Source: Octopus sinensis (lineage: Eukaryota). From it: a stretch of 64,000 nt of DNA. The notes beneath the pieces are model-generated. The model searched no databases. It saw only the letters and a program-made list of their open reading frames with translations, and was not told where the DNA came from. Made by a program: the position numbers and the translations under genes. Shown one piece after another: positions 1 through 14,349 of the stretch (position 1 is the stretch's first letter; the number at the start of each line of letters is the position of its first letter). Where the stretch lies: contig NC_043006.1 of the NCBI RefSeq assembly GCF_006345805.1, positions 16,492,001 through 16,556,000 of the forward strand. Reading direction: 5' to 3'.

Positions 1-59
<59 letters not shown>

Positions 60-268
60 CAGTTGTAAAATGGTGTCAATATGATATCAGTGGTTAAGGT
101 GGTGAGCTGGCAGAACTGTTAGCATGCCGGGCTAATTGCTTAGTGACATTTCGTCTGTCTTTACTTTCTGAGTTCAAATTCTGCTGAGATCAACTTTGCC
201 TTTCATTTTTTCGGAGTCAGTAAAAAAAGTACCTGTCAAGTACTGGGGTCAATGTAATTGAAATAATC

Positions 269-303
<35 letters not shown>

Positions 304-576
304 GAAATAAAACAAATGAGAGAAAGAGAAAATGAAATTCATGAGATTCATTAACCTTAATGACCATTTCAACCCATCTTGCATTGGTCCCTCACAGGTG
401 AGATTCTGTACAACTGGTTGTGGTGCATCTTTTGGCATACACATGTGGAGGCACATGAACGTGAGATTGTAGCTTTGACTATGTTGTGTCCTTGAGCAAA
501 ACAAGAGACTTTTCAAAAGGTACCTCACTCTATAAACTCAGTTTCACTTGGTTTGATTATAATGCATGTCATTAAA

Positions 577-806
577 GGCGGCAAGCTGGCAGACACGTTA
601 GCACACCGGGCAGAATGCTTAGTGGTATTTCGTCTACCGTTACGTTCTGAGTTCAAATTCCGCCGAGGTTGACTTTGCCTTTCATCCTTTCACGGTCGAT
701 AAATAAAAGAACCAGTTTCGCACTGGGGTCAATGTAATCGACTTAATCCCTTTGTCTGTCCTTGTTCGTCCTCTCTATGTTTAGCCCCTTGTGGGCAATA
801 AAGAAA
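577..806 (+). mobile_element. SINE with a Meta-like central domain; further copies at about 98, 6327, 7982, 9158(-), 9370, 21626, 21848, 27373, 37355(-) and 53475(-)
   Basis: ggcggc(a/g)agctggcaga head, gagttcaaattcc B-box and the gt(c/t)gactttgcctttcatcctttc..gtcgataaa..taccag domain. The copy at 53475-53698 has TSD CAACAAATTCT. Confidence 0.8.
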
Positions 807-952
807 TATATAATGCATGTCAATATTTGCCTGTAGCTGGTTGCATACAGGTTTCATGGTTTTGAATGACAGGTAGCTATAGACAGTGAAAGCAATTTAA
901 CTGGCCTATTATCAGGTGTATACAATTACTTTTATATATATATATATACATC

Positions 953-986
<34 letters not shown>

Positions 987-987
987 G

Positions 988-1020
<33 letters not shown>

Positions 1021-1364
1021 TACACACATTTTAATGTAGGTAAAAATTTTCTCTTGACTAGAGCCTTCCAGTCATCCATTAATTGCGCCTATGAGCATAT
1101 ATTCACATACACCCTGAAAAACCAGATATGTAGCCTATGTTATAACAAACTTTATTTTCTTCTCTAAAAATCCAGTCTGCTATCTCTAGGAATTTAAATC
1201 TGCTTTACTCATACCCTGCGTATTTCTTCATAACAACTGTCTCGAAATAATTAACATGTTTGTATACTTGAAATTTCTGATAAGGACACCATACAAATGC
1301 AATCATGCATAAATTAGTGTGCAATTCAGTGTTGTCTGTGTGTGTGCATTTTGTTTGTATTTAA

Positions 1365-1584
1365 CCCTTTTGTTACTGTATTTATTTTGAGATGCTCTGT
1401 GCTTCTTTCAATTACTTTAAATATAACAAAGAATTTAGTAAAATAACTTGGTTATCAATCAGCTAGTTTTAGGAACATAAATTGTGACTAAGGTTCAGTG
1501 GAAGATTTTTGTTCAAAAATTTTGAAAACAAAACATTTGTACTCAGAGCCAGAGCCGGTTTCAGCCGGGTTGGTAACGAAAGGG
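1365..1584. mobile_element. piggyBac-like MITE; other copies at 57665-57866 (interrupted) and 59676-59885
   Basis: TTAA on both sides; TIR CCCTTT(T/C)GTTAC. Confidence 0.8.
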
Positions 1585-2398
1585 TTAAATACAACACATC
1601 TGGGAAAAGATAATGCAAAGAATTTCAAAAAAACTTCTAGTTCAAGCATGGCTGTGTGGTTAAGAAATTTGCTTCCAACCACATAGTTTGGGGGTTCAAT
1701 TCTACTGCATATTACCTTGGGCAAGTGTTTTCTTTTATAGTCTCAAGTTGACCTATTCCTTGTGAGTGAATCTGGAGCTCATCGTGCGTGTGTTTGTGCC
1801 ACCCTCCCCCCACCAGCATTTGGTAACTGGTGTTGGTTTGTTTATATCTCCGTTACTTTGTGGTTTGGCAAAAGTTACTGACAGAGCAAGTACCAGACTT
1901 TAAAAAAAAAAAAAGTAAATCACTGAAGCCATTTTGTTTGACAATAAGTCTTTCAAAGTAGTGCCCCAGCTTGGCCATAGACATGACTGAAATAAAAGAC
2001 TATTTTATTCTAATCACAATGGCTAATGCAAATGAATGGTACTGGAGTTCTGGAGATTGCTCATGTTTCAGTCACACAGAGAAACAGGTTATACAGTAAT
2101 AATATATTTTCTCACAGTCATTAAACAGTGGCATATATTGGAACAGCAATATTGCCTGCGCAACACAATTAAACCCAAAATGCCTGATGAATTGTGGTGT
2201 GAAACTTGCAGTTTAAATTGGTTTTAAAATGAAAATTGTGTTTGATCAAAATAATAGTAAAAAGTGTAAAGTTGTTGCTCACGAGCGAGTGTGTCTTTGG
2301 TAGCATGTACCTTGTTGTTGCTAGGTGTTTTAGGTGCCTATGGAGTGACATGAAGACATAGACACCATCTTGGCTCTCCTGTTCTTGACCCAGTAGAA

Positions 2399-2789
2399 TG
2401 TGGTGGAAGCACTCCGTCGGTTACGACGATGAGTGTTCCGGTTGATCTGAATCAACGGAACAGCCTGCTCGTAAAATTAACGTGTAAGTGGCTGAGCACT
2501 TCACAGACACGTGCACCCTTAACGTAGTTCTCGGGGATATTCAGCGTGACACAGAGAGTGACAAGGCTGGCCCCTTGAAATACAGGTACAACAGAAACAG
2601 GAAGTAAGAGTGAGAGAAAGTTGTGGTGAAAGAGTACAGCAGGGATCACCACCATCCCCTGCCGGAGCCTCGCGGAGCTTTTAGGTGTTTTCGCTCAATA
2701 AACACTCACAACGCCCGGTCTGGGAATCGAAACCGCGATCCTATGACCACGAGTCCGCTGCCCTAACCACTGGACCATTGCGCCTCCAC
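2399..2789 (-). mobile_element. tRNA-derived SINE (head gtggaggcgcaatgg..agtggttagggcagcggactcg)
   Basis: A/B-box tRNA-like head; 11-bp TSD ACCCAGTAGAA (2388-2398 and 2790-2800). Confidence 0.85.
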
Positions 2790-3031
2790 ACCCAGTAGAA
2801 AATGAAAGATACGACAGCTGGAGGAATAAGGGCTGCTGCACCTGCACTTGGTTTTGGAGAACATTGGAAATAAATGAATGATACAGCTTGTATGATGGTG
2901 ACACTCATTTAAAACTGTCATACTATGCCCATGGTATCATGAATGCTAAGTATAAAATAGATGTTTAAAAACTATGCTAAAACATTCATGAAAATTTTTA
3001 CATATTTAACATTTTACCCTGTCTTCTAGCT

Positions 3032-3437
3032 AGGAGTGGCTGTGTGGTGAGTGGCTTGCTTACAAACCACATGGTTCCGGGTTCAGTCCCACTTCGTGGC
3101 ACCTTGGGTAAGTGTCTTCTACTATAGCCTCAGGCCGACCAAAGCCTTGTGAGTGGATTTGGTAGATGGAAACTGAAAGAAGCCTGTCGTATATATGTAT
3201 ATATATATATATGTGTGTGCGTGTTTGTATGTCTGTGTTTGTACCCCTGGCATCGCTTGACAGCCGATGCTGGTATGTTTTTGTCCCCGTAACTTAGCGG
3301 TTCGGCAAAGAAGAGACAGATAAAATAAGTACTAGGCTTACAAAGAATAAGTCCTGGGGTCGATTTGATCGACTAAAGGCGGTGCTCCAGCATGGCCACA
3401 GTCACATGACTGAAACAAGTGAAAGAGAAAGAAAGAG
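3032..3437 (+). mobile_element. Bipartite SINE (ggagtggctgtgtggt head, CORE-like accttgggcaagt, internal (TA)/(TG)n); further copies at about 1647, 4303, 16760, 21004(-), 39294(-), 41781, 45850, 52339(-), 59147(-), 60594 and 61886
   Basis: Many near-identical copies ending ggcggtgctccagcatggcc(g/a)cagtcaaatgactgaaacaagtaaaaga. Confidence 0.82.
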
Positions 3438-3489
3438 TAGATAATCATGTAATCCCACTTGAGTCAACGTCTACTTTTGTTTTCCTTTA

Positions 3490-3814
3490 AAAAGACTCCG
3501 CCGGTTACGACGACGAGGGTCCCAGCTGATACGATCAACGGAACAGCTTGCTCGTGAAATTAACGTGCAAATGGCTGAGCATTCCACAGACACGTGTACC
3601 CTTAACGTAGTTCTCGGGGATAATCAGCGTGACACAGAGAGTGACAAGGCTGACCCTTTGAAATACAAGTACAACTCATTTTTGCCAGCTGAGTGGACTG
3701 GAGCAACGTGAAATGAAGTGTCTTGCTCAAGGACACAACGCGTCGCCGGGAATCGAACTCACAACCTTACGCTCATGAGCCGAATGCCCTAACCACTAAG
3801 CCACGCGCCCTCAC
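3490..3814 (-). mobile_element. tRNA-derived SINE with the same tail as 2399-2789
   Basis: tRNA-like head; TSD TGTTTTCCTT. Confidence 0.8.
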
Positions 3815-5594
3815 TGTTTTCCTTAATCTTCACTGATTCATAGTAGCAGAGTTTAAACTAGTAAGCTATGAAAAAAAAAGCAGAAAAAAAAACGTTTGAG
3901 TATTTTGACCTATTGCTTTAAGTACTACTGCTGTCTCTTAGAAGGAAGATGGTGGTGGAAACATTCTATAGAATGCTTGCAAAAATTACATATTCTTACT
4001 ACAGAACATTTGCAATTTCATTCTCAAATAGTCTCTTTCATGATGGAACAGATGACATTTTAGTTGCTGAATAGTCCCGATGACTGATGGGGATGACTGA
4101 TGCACAACATATATTGCAATACTTTACACACACACACATACACACACATATATATAATCATTGTTTTAATGCTTACTATTACATGTTTGCAAGTCAGACA
4201 GAATTTATGGAGGCATTTTGTCTACAGCTGCTTGCCCTTTTGCCCTTCCTGTCACCAACAATCTCCTATTTCTAGGAAAGATTTTTTTTTTTCCCTATAG
4301 CCAGGAGTGGCTGTGTGGTAAGTAGTTTGCTTACCAACCACATGGTTCTGGGCAAGTGTCTTCTACTATAGCCTTGGGACGACCAAAGCTTTGTGAGTGG
4401 ATTTGGTAGACGGAAACTGAAAGAAGCCCATCATATGTGTGTGCACGTGTGTGTGTGTGTGTGTGTGCGTGTATGATTTTCCCCCTGCCATCACTTGACA
4501 ACCAATGCTGGTGTATTTTATGTCTCTGTAACTTAGCAGTTCGGCAAAAGAGACCAATAGAATAAGTACTAGGCTTACAAAGAATAAGTCCTGGTGGTCA
4601 ATTTGTTCGACTAAAGGTGCTGCTCCAGCATGGCCGCAGTCAAATAACAAACAAGTAAAAGAGTAAAAGAGACAGATAAAATGGCCAATTATAATAATGT
4701 TTTTTCTGTAAATAAATCTTTGAATTTTAAAGTCAGCAAAGCAGGTTATATTTGATAGAATATCTTGTTTTATGCTTTTGTTTTCTCTCTTGTAGTATCA
4801 TGGGAATATTTTTTTTAGAAAATATGTTTTTGTTCAGTTTTATGCTACTTTTTGCATTTCTGTGAGAAAACTAAACTTTATATTACCTTAGTTTTTTTTT
4901 TTTTCCTATCACCATTACCTAATTAAATTCCTATTTCCAATCCTTCTCACCAGATTTTTGTTTATATTTTAATGTTGTACTAAATTTCAGGTTATGTATA
5001 TAATACATTAGCTTTGCTGCCAAATTTATCATCCAAAATGTTTTGTTTTGCTTTACAAAAAAGATCAAAGTTCTTTTTTTTTTTTTTTTAATTCTTTTTT
5101 GTAAGATTTTTTTTATCTCCCCACCCCCACCCTTTGTCAAACAAACTCCATTTTATTTTGAGCTGTGTCAAGAATTCATTCACTAGTTCCCTTCTTTTAC
5201 CATCCCCTAAAACACTAAATATCAGACCTGACAAATGTGTACTCAATTCTCTTTATTGTCTAAAAATTCCATTTAAAAATCTTGGATTTTATTTCATTTT
5301 ATTTTTGCTCAGCTTTATCTTTTATTTTTTTATTACTTTATACATTGGACTGTGGTCATACTGGGGCACCCCCTTGAAGAATTTTAGTCAAATGAATCGA
5401 CCCCTGTAATTATTTTTCTTAAGCCTAGTACTTATTCTATCACTGTCATCATCATCATTTTCACATCCACTTTTCCATGCTTCCATGACTTGGATGGAAC
5501 CTGTTGAGGCATATTTTCTGTAGGTGGGGGCTCTTCCTGTTGCAGCCTTTACCTGTTTCCATGCAAGGCAATATTTCCTCTAAGATAATTCGAT

Positions 5595-6127
5595 GACTGG
5601 CATTCATGGTGGGGGGCAAAGAGCACCATACGAGTGTGATCATTGACAGAGCGGCTAACCGGCTTCCATGCCAGTGGCACATAAAAAGCACCATTCGAGT
5701 GTAATTGTTACCAGAGTCACCTTACTGGCACTTGTGCCTGTGCTAGTAGGGTGCCAAGAGCACCATCCAAGCATGATCATTGCCAGAGCGGCTAACTGGA
5801 TTCCGTGCCGGTGGCATGTAAAAGGCACCATTCGAGCATGATCGTTACCAATGTCGCCTTACTAGCACCTGTGCCGGTGGCATGTATAAAAAGATTCGAG
5901 CAGGGTCGTTGCCAGTACCGCCTGGCTGGCCCCCATGCCGGTGGCATGTAAAAAGCACCCACTACACTCTCAGAGTGGTTGGCGTTAGGAAGGGCATCCA
6001 GCTGTAGAAACTCTGCCAGATCAAGATTTGAGCCTGGTACAGCCATCTGGTTCGCCAGCCCTCAGTTAAAATCGTCCAACCCATGCTAGCATGGAAAGTG
6101 GACGTTAAACAATGATGATGATGATGA
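5595..6127 (+). mobile_element. RTE 3'-UTR copy with tandem units
   Basis: gtggca(c/t)gtaaaa units, ggaagggcatccagctgtag core, (GAT)n tail. Confidence 0.8.
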
Positions 6128-8426
6128 TTTGACATATTTTCATGAAAGACTGGAAATGAATGGCACTGCTTTTCACTGTGACACTCATTTAAAACTATTA
6201 CATGATGTCACAGCAAGGAACCCCCCACATATACATACACATACACACAATGGGCTTCTTTCAGTTTCCATGTACCAAATCCACCCATGCGGCTTTGGTC
6301 AGCCCAGGATTATATAAGACATTTAAGGCAGCGAGCTGGCAGACACGTTAGCACGCCAGGCAAAATGCTTAGCGCTATTTCATCTGCCGTTACGTTCTGA
6401 GTTCAAATTCCGCCGAGGTCGACTTTGCCTCTCATCCTTTCGAGGTCGATAAATTAAGTACCAGTTACGCACTGGGGTCGATGTAATCAACTTAATCCGT
6501 TTGTCTGTCCTTGTTTGTCCCCTCTATGTTTAGCCTCTTGTGGGTAATAAAGAAATATATATAAGACATTTCTTCCAAGTTACCATGCAGTGTAACTAAA
6601 ACTGAAACCATGTGGTTGGGAGACAAACTTCTGAACCATGCAGCCTGGAATACATTACATGTTGGATCAATCTATAAAATTTAATTTTATAATTAGGTTA
6701 TCAAAATAGTTGCTGTTATCTGCATATTCTGAGTGATCCTTTAGTTTAACAACCAGTAAACATGGAATCCTTTAAAAATTTCATAGAGAAACAAGCCATA
6801 TTTAAAATCCACTGTTTCGTTGCATGTAACAAATACAAAGAAGGGATTGTTTAATGCCAACTGGAGTAGAATACATTAGAAATAAGCAATTGAACCGGAT
6901 TCATATTCATTCACTACACCTGCAAAATGGAAAAAATAAACAAATTTCTATTCAAGCAGGATATGTATAACTTTTCTTTTTGTTTTTTACATCTATAATA
7001 TATTTATAGTGAAAGCTGAAATACATGCTGGCTGGTTGGTTGGTTAGTTTCTTTAGTTATACTTTGTATCACAGAGGGAGAGAGAGAGAGAGAGAGAGAG
7101 AGATAGTGTGATTTAACACAAGAGGTACAAATGAATAAATGACTGACACACACACAGTGAGAAAGAATCATAGAAATAGAGGAAGAGGAGAGAGAGTGTG
7201 TATATATATATATAGACAGAGAGGGAGGGAGAGAAGTGGATTTTGTGTGTGTGTGTGTGTGTTGGTGGCTGGGTCAACTTGCACAGTACACAAAGAGTAA
7301 TTTTGATTACAATTTTTTTTACTGATTTATAAAATATTGTTTTATTTAATTTTATAATAACATAAATATTTTTTTTCTATTCAAAATTAGCATTCATTCC
7401 ATCATTCTGTAACAAGCACCAAGAAATTTGATAAAAATTAAATAATAATTATCGTATGAATACTTCGAAAGTTACCCTTTAAAAGTCAATTAATACTCTA
7501 GTCTGTTTAAAATAACCAGTTCATTATGAAATAAAACTCGAATAGTGTTACTACTATACAAAACTCTTACTGTGCTCCAATCCTGATATATTTTTGTATT
7601 TATATTTAATATAAATAATACAATCAGTTAGAAATAAACAGATATAATTCAGAAAAGCCGGAAACAATATAATATTTGAAGTCTATTAACAGATTGGGGT
7701 TTTTTCTCCTCTTTGGGTGTTTATTGAAAGCGTTTACAATAATTTCTTGTGTTCTTTTGTGCTATATTTTCAGTCCTTGGCAAATGCATGAACTCACACA
7801 CACACTGTACTTCTCAATTATTATTATTATTATTATTATTATCATTTTTCTACTGAAGTTGACGTTGCCTTTCATCCTTTTGGGGAGGTCAGTAAAATAA
7901 GTACCAGTTGAGTATTGGGGTCTATGCCCTCTCCAAAAATTTCAGGCCTGTGTGCCTATAGTAGAAATTATTAATATCAAAGTGGCCAGCTGGCAGAATT
8001 GTTGGCATGCTGGGTAAAATTCTTAACAATATTTCATCCATCTGCACATTCTGAGTTCAAATTCCGCAGTGGTTGACTTTGCCTTTGAACCATTCGGGGG
8101 GGTCAATAAGATAAGTACCAGTTGAACACCGGAATCAATGCAATCAACTTGCCTCCCTTCCCCAAAATTGCTGGCCTTGTGCCAAAATTTGAAACTGCTA
8201 TTATTGTTGTTGTATTGTGACTTTGAAAAAGCCCTTATAATTAATTATCTTCTGTTTATTTGATAAATAAACGAAAGAATCAGAGATGCTTGCTAGTGGG
8301 TCCCATTTTTATGAGTGAATGTCAGTAACAATAGTTAGGGCACCCATCCTCTTCCTATATAATAATACTCAAAGTAATACATGTAACTTTACTTAAGGTG
8401 TATATCTGTACATACCTATATATATA

Positions 8427-8458
<32 letters not shown>

Positions 8459-10462
8459 CTTTATATATATATATATATAGTACTTTCAGACAGTAGTGAA
8501 GTAGATGACCTACATTTTAAAATCAAGCGTCACAGTATTAAATGTGTTTTATGCAGGTTGAAAATAGATGACAAGTGTCAAGCTAAGAAAGAGAATTGTG
8601 ATTCATTTTTTTTTTTTATAACAATTTTATAACAATTGCTACTTGTTTTAAAATGGAGATGAAATATAGAAAAATTTTCATTAATGATAGCAGTATTTCT
8701 CTCAGCTAAGTTCAAATCAGACATCATCATCATCATCATCATCATTATTATGAAAGGGGCTCTCTACCCCCCTCCCTTTTTTTGACCAGCCCCCCCCCTC
8801 TCCGTGGCTTTTATGGGTTTTTCCACGAGTAACCTTTCGAAGCGTCTCCCCCTATTGGGAGTTTTTACTTGTTATATTTTCGTTGTTATCTTGTATTTTG
8901 TCCTTACATGTTTTTTATTTGATTTTTGTTAGCCCTTGTGGCCAATAAACGAATTAATTATTATTATTATATTATTGTTGTTGTTGTTGTTGTTGCTCAT
9001 TCAGAGACCTCAAGAGACAACAAGTCAGTAGTTCAAGTTGGTATTATGACTGAAGTACTATATTTTGGGTTTTGCACAGAGTATTGTTCTAGAGAGTGTC
9101 TGTCAAAACAAAAGAAAATTAAAAGTTTGTTTTAAAAGTAATTTTATAAGATAATATATTTCTTTACTACCCACAAGGGGACAAACAAGGACAGACAAAG
9201 CGATGAAGTCGATTACATTGACCCCAGTGCGTAACTGGTACTTAATTTATCGACCCCGAAAGGATGAAAGGCAAAGTCGACCTCGGCGGAATTTGATAAG
9301 ATAATAGTGTGATCTTAAGATGACAGTAAAAAATGTTTGCTATTATGTAGATTTAGATATTATTATTTAGGCAGCAAGCTGGCAGAATCATTAGCATGCT
9401 AAGTGGAATGCTTGACAGCATTTTGTTTGTCTTTATGTTCTGAGTTCAAATTCCGCCAACGTCAACTTTGTCTTTCATCTTTTCAGGGTCAATAAAACAA
9501 GTACTCATTGAGCACTGGGGTTGATGTAATCGACTAGTCCCCTACCTTTTCACATTTAAACTGGCCATATCCAATCAAAGTATCCTGTTTTATGTTCAAA
9601 CTAGCCAGATCTGGCCTCTTACACCCACCCTACAGTGTCATTCTAAAAATAAACAATCACATCATCAAAATTTTGAAGCTACAAAATTTAGCATGAGGAA
9701 TTGAGAACAATGTGAATAAACAAGCATTTCATTTGACAGAGTAATCTGAATGCTAGAGAGTTAATTATTAAGAATTAAATAACGTTGTCCTGAATATATG
9801 TCAGAAGGAAAGATGGAATGGTAATGAGTTGAGGTCCAAGAAATAGTCAGCAATAAATTTGTGTTGCACCTGTTAGTTTGGTTAATTACATGCCACAGCT
9901 CTGCTTGACCAAAGCTGACCATTAACTAAATAGTAGCAATTGTAAATTGTGGTCGCTTTTAAATACATATATTCCACTAACCTCTATGCACCTAGAATTT
10001 CATTTCCATTCCACCCACACTTAACCCCCACCACCACCACCGTACATTCCTCTTCCCATCCCTTACACTGTGGATGAATTACGCAGTGATGTGGCACAAA
10101 TGGTAGAATGCCAAACTGTGTTTTTCAGTATTTTGGTTCATTCCTCTACAGCTCTCAATTTCAAGTTTCATGAGGGTCACTTTTGCCTTGCATTCTTCTA
10201 AAATCAGTATAATTAACAACAGTCATAGATTGTCATCAATTAAGTTAATTAATGCTTTTGAGACCAATGTACCCAAGACTTCTCCTCCTGGTTCTATGAC
10301 ACAAACTTCCTGTTTTAAAGAGATCTGAATTAAAACCTTCCTTTCAATATTTTGCGCTAAATTATGTTTCAAACACCAGCTTGGTAATGACAAAGTTATT
10401 TTACTAATTCTTTCATTATTTTCAAAATTAATTGAAACTATATATTTCAACAGAAATATTAA

Positions 10463-11045
10463 CCCCTTACCCAACAATTATTTTGAAAATAAATGTATTT
10501 TTTCAGACATATTTTTTAATTGTTTTATTTTACTATGTTTTGAATGGTGATTTCGAGGTATATTTCAAACCTTATTTATTATGAATTTTAATTCAATAAT
10601 ATTGATTTTAAATTATCGCTTTGGGCAGAAACGAGTTAACCTGTTTTTTTCATAAATCATATTACTTTTACAAAAATCATGTTATTTTATTTGGTTATCG
10701 ACATAGTGGGGTTATAATATAAAGGTATAAAAAAAAACAACGTAAAAACAAAGTGAATACTTCTATTCATAAAATGTGCCTTCCAACCCTTCGACTGTCT
10801 CCAGGTGACTAAATCATACTCGGTCTTCAATGCCTTACTCAAGCAAAAGGTGGCTGAAATCGTCACTGCCAGACGTATAAAGTGAGCGAATATACTCGTA
10901 TATGTCAAAAAAGAGTTTATAATAGACAAAGGAACTAGTTTGCTGTCGATTTTGGCAAGTCTATCTTTTGACGAGTTAACTCGCTAGAGATAGAAAAAAA
11001 CGATTTCGGTCAAAACGCATATATTCGTTTCTGCCGGGTAAGGGG
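10463..11045. mobile_element. piggyBac-like non-autonomous element
   Basis: TTAA TSDs (10459-10462 and 11046-11049); TIR CCCCTTACCC/GGGTAAGGGG. Confidence 0.75.
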
Positions 11046-12559
11046 TTAATGATTCCCTTTCCCCACCTACACTCAAGGGAAATTCCCCTCAAAAACAATT
11101 TTCTACGAATGTCAATTTTATATTCAAGCACATGCAGCTAGAAGGGATGAGCTACTGGAAAGCTAAGCATCAAGGACACTAGACGGAACTGGTAACAAGA
11201 TACACACACCCTTTAGTTCATAAGTCAATGCCCTAATGGTCTGGTCAGCTGGGAATTTACTAAATGTAATTTTTTTTTTTTAAATTAAATCAGTAAAATT
11301 CAAAATTTGCTGCAGACATAAAACTTGGTTATCCACATGAAAAATCTTTCCTCTTTAAAGAGACCTGGTTGTTAGTATAGTGTGACACTCGTTGCTGTTG
11401 GTTAATTCTCTTACATCATCTTATGTGCCTAAACGAACAGGATTACTGAACTAGTTAAAGGGGAAAAAAAAACTTTTGTTCTCATGATCTTAGCTTTTTA
11501 AATGCCAACTTCCTCTCATTTGTGTTTATCACTGCACAGAATCAGGCAAACCAATTAATATTGCATTGCAGCTTCTAGTCCAGTTATACTCTGAGCTTTT
11601 GATTTTGATTGCTCTTGCTGTTGTTCTTTAAGTTCTAAGTTAGCAAAGACATTCCAACCATGACCAACCTGCTTTTTTTTTTTGTATATCCAGGATTTAG
11701 CTGCTATTTCTAACAAATCAAGTGATAGTATGGATTGTCTTATCACATCGTTTTCATTTTGATAAAGTTCACACTTGTATATGGAATTTAGTACCATATT
11801 TTCATGGTAGAACTAGTCAGAAACTGAAAGTGGAATTCTAGATACTGACATAAATATTTTTGCATCTTAGATATAACATACATTGAGCTTTTAGCATTTA
11901 AACCATCTATTATCCTGCCCAAATATTCTCACACCTACCCTACACTATCTTTCTAGAAATAACCAATCACGTCATCAAATCTCAAAGCAACAAGATAATG
12001 CATGTTTAATTTAAAACAATGTTAATTAATAAGCATTTAAATTGACAGTAATCTGAATGCTAAAAGGTTAAAACTGCTTCTCTCTTTCTCTCTCTCTCTC
12101 TCTCTCATCCATAGCCTTCATATGTATCACTTTCATTTTGTGGTCTTCATGTCTGTCATATTCATCATTATACAGTATTCTCTCCCCATGTTATATAGTA
12201 ATTCTTGTGTACAGTACATTTTACATTTGGCCAATCTCTGTTATTTTTTTCTTGGTTTTTAAGTTAATATTATGCTATTGTTCTTTTTTTTTCCCCTTTT
12301 TTGCTTTTAGTTATTTCTAAATATCTGAGATGAAACCCATTTTAATGTCACATTTACCAATCTTGAAATGTCATCAGGTGTCTTATACCTGGATATATAC
12401 ACTACCTAACTGAATTCTAAGAATCAATATTAATAAACTAAAATTTTGGTTAATGGTTTGAAAAATTATAATTGCATTATTGTTGTTGTTGTTTCAATTA
12501 TTTTTATCTTTTTCTGATTTTTCAAATGATTTTTAAATGAATTTTTTTTTTTTTTCCAG

Positions 12560-12610
12560 GGTGATTCACTCAAATATTTTTTGGAGAATATTCTCAGAAT
12601 AGGACAAAAG
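12560..12610 (+). CDS. GNA12: G-protein alpha subunit, G12/13 family, penultimate coding exon (51 nt, GDSLKYFLENILRIGQK)
   Basis: Poly-T tract plus ccag acceptor and gtaagt donor; phase 0 on both sides. The peptide matches the GESVKYFLDNLDRIGQL segment of Galpha12 and splices in frame to 19231. Upstream exons were not found in the window. Confidence 0.88.
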
Positions 12611-12753
12611 GTAAGTGTTTTTATTTATAAGTTCAAGTGTTTCTCAAATACCAAATAGTCTCTGTTCTTTTAGTTTAACATATATAGGATGAGGAGCTGA
12701 GGAGGCGAGGATGTGGGCAATGAAGTAAGAAAGAAGTAACATGTATGTATGTA

Positions 12754-13050
12754 TCATCATCATCATCATTTAATGTCCGCTTTCCATGCTAGCATGGGTT
12801 GGACAATTTGACTGAGGTCTGGCGAACCAGATGGCTGCACCAGACTCCAATCTGATCTGGCAGAGTTTCAACAGCTGGATGCCCTTCCTAACGCCAACCA
12901 CTCCGAGAGTGTAGTGGGTGCTTTTACGTGCCACTAGGATGAGGGCCAGTCAGGCGGTAGTGGCAACGGCCATGCTCAAGTGGTGCTTTTTATGTGGCAC
13001 CTGCAGAGGAGCCAGTCCAGCGGCACTGGCAACGACCTCGCTCAAATGCT
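12754..13050 (-). mobile_element. RTE 3'-UTR copy
   Basis: (CAT)n followed by the reverse complement of the family core. Confidence 0.8.
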
Positions 13051-13511
13051 TTATGTATGTACGTATATATTGTGTGTGTTATGTATGTATGTGTGAAAAA
13101 ATGATACACCCCCGCTTAGTTAGGGACTTTTTCTTTGACTCATGGTTTACTTAGCAAACTTACTAGTGCTGTTGTGGTATTTGTTCTGGGTTTTTACATT
13201 CTGAGTTCAAATCCTGCTACAGCCTAGTTAGGTGGTAGACTTAATCTATCACCCAGTTTAACACCACCACCTGGTCTTTGAGTTGCCTTTATTGGAGCCC
13301 ACTCTATTGCAAGTTTTCAGGTTAGGTTTCTGGTTTGAGCATAAGTTCCTCTCTCATCTTTTTGCCAGTCCTGGAGGCCCTCATAAGGGTTGTGTGGATA
13401 TGACTGTCCACTCCTCAACTAAGTGATATAAAAACTGTGATACATCAAAAACAAACCAAAATAACTCGAAAGAACTCAACAGTAATAAACTAGTCAATCA
13501 TATATTTAAAC

Positions 13512-13958
13512 CAGGTGGCACGTAAAATGCACCATCTGAACGGTGGCACGTTAAAAGCACCCATTACACTCACGGAGTGGTTGGCATTAGGAAGGGCATC
13601 CAGCTGTAGAAACACTGCCAGATCAGATTGGAGCCTGGTGCAGCCTTCTAGCTTCCCAGACCCTGGTCGAACCGTCCAACCCATGCTAGCATGGAGAACG
13701 GACGTTAAACGATGATGATGATGACTCTCAATTGAGGTCCATATGACCCTTGTGGGTCCCTATAAGATGTTGTTGTTAAGGTTATACTTCTACAATACAC
13801 TCAATATTTTAACAATTTTTTTTTATACAATTCCTAATAATGTTTAATTATAAAAAATACAATTGAATTTTTTTAAACATCAAATGGATGTGAAGGTCTA
13901 TCTGAATAAAATAGGAATCAAAGGGGACCATAGGTAAAAAAATTGTTGAGAACCACTG
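13512..13958. mobile_element. hAT MITE with an RTE 3'-UTR copy (13514-13722) inserted in one TIR
   Basis: 8-bp TSD ATTTAAAC (13504-13511 and 13959-13966); terminus ttgagaaccactg. Related copy at 54476-54680. Confidence 0.75.
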
Positions 13959-14164
13959 ATTTAAACCATTGCTACCACTTACCTAACAGAGGAACCTTAG
14001 ACCAGATGCCTCTCAGCCTTCTTTGGTCTTGCCAATGACATACTCACAGCCACACGCCTCAACAAAATTTGTTACATCTGATACATAGGAAATGGGGAAT
14101 CATAATTATGTTTACTAATATTGTGAATAGCCACCAGGCTTGTCATTTGTAATTGAAACAGTAA

Positions 14165-14349
14165 TAACTCTTTAGCATTTCAACCAGCTGGATCCAGCCT
14201 CTTGCACCTACCCTATAATGTCATTGTAAACAGTAAATAATCACAACATTGAAATTTTGAAGTTACAAGATATTGCAGGATTAATTCAAATCAAAGTGAA
14301 TAAATAAGCATTACATTTGACAAAGAAATTTCAATGTTAGAGGGTTAAA
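14165..14349. mobile_element. Older TTAA-type MITE (ccctttagcatt..aatgctaaagggttaa); copies at about 9555, 11888, 16633, 23265, 51670, 53744 and 59495
   Basis: Short TIRs, TTAA-like flanks and a shared internal cacctaccctaca..tcattctaaaa sequence. Confidence 0.65.
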
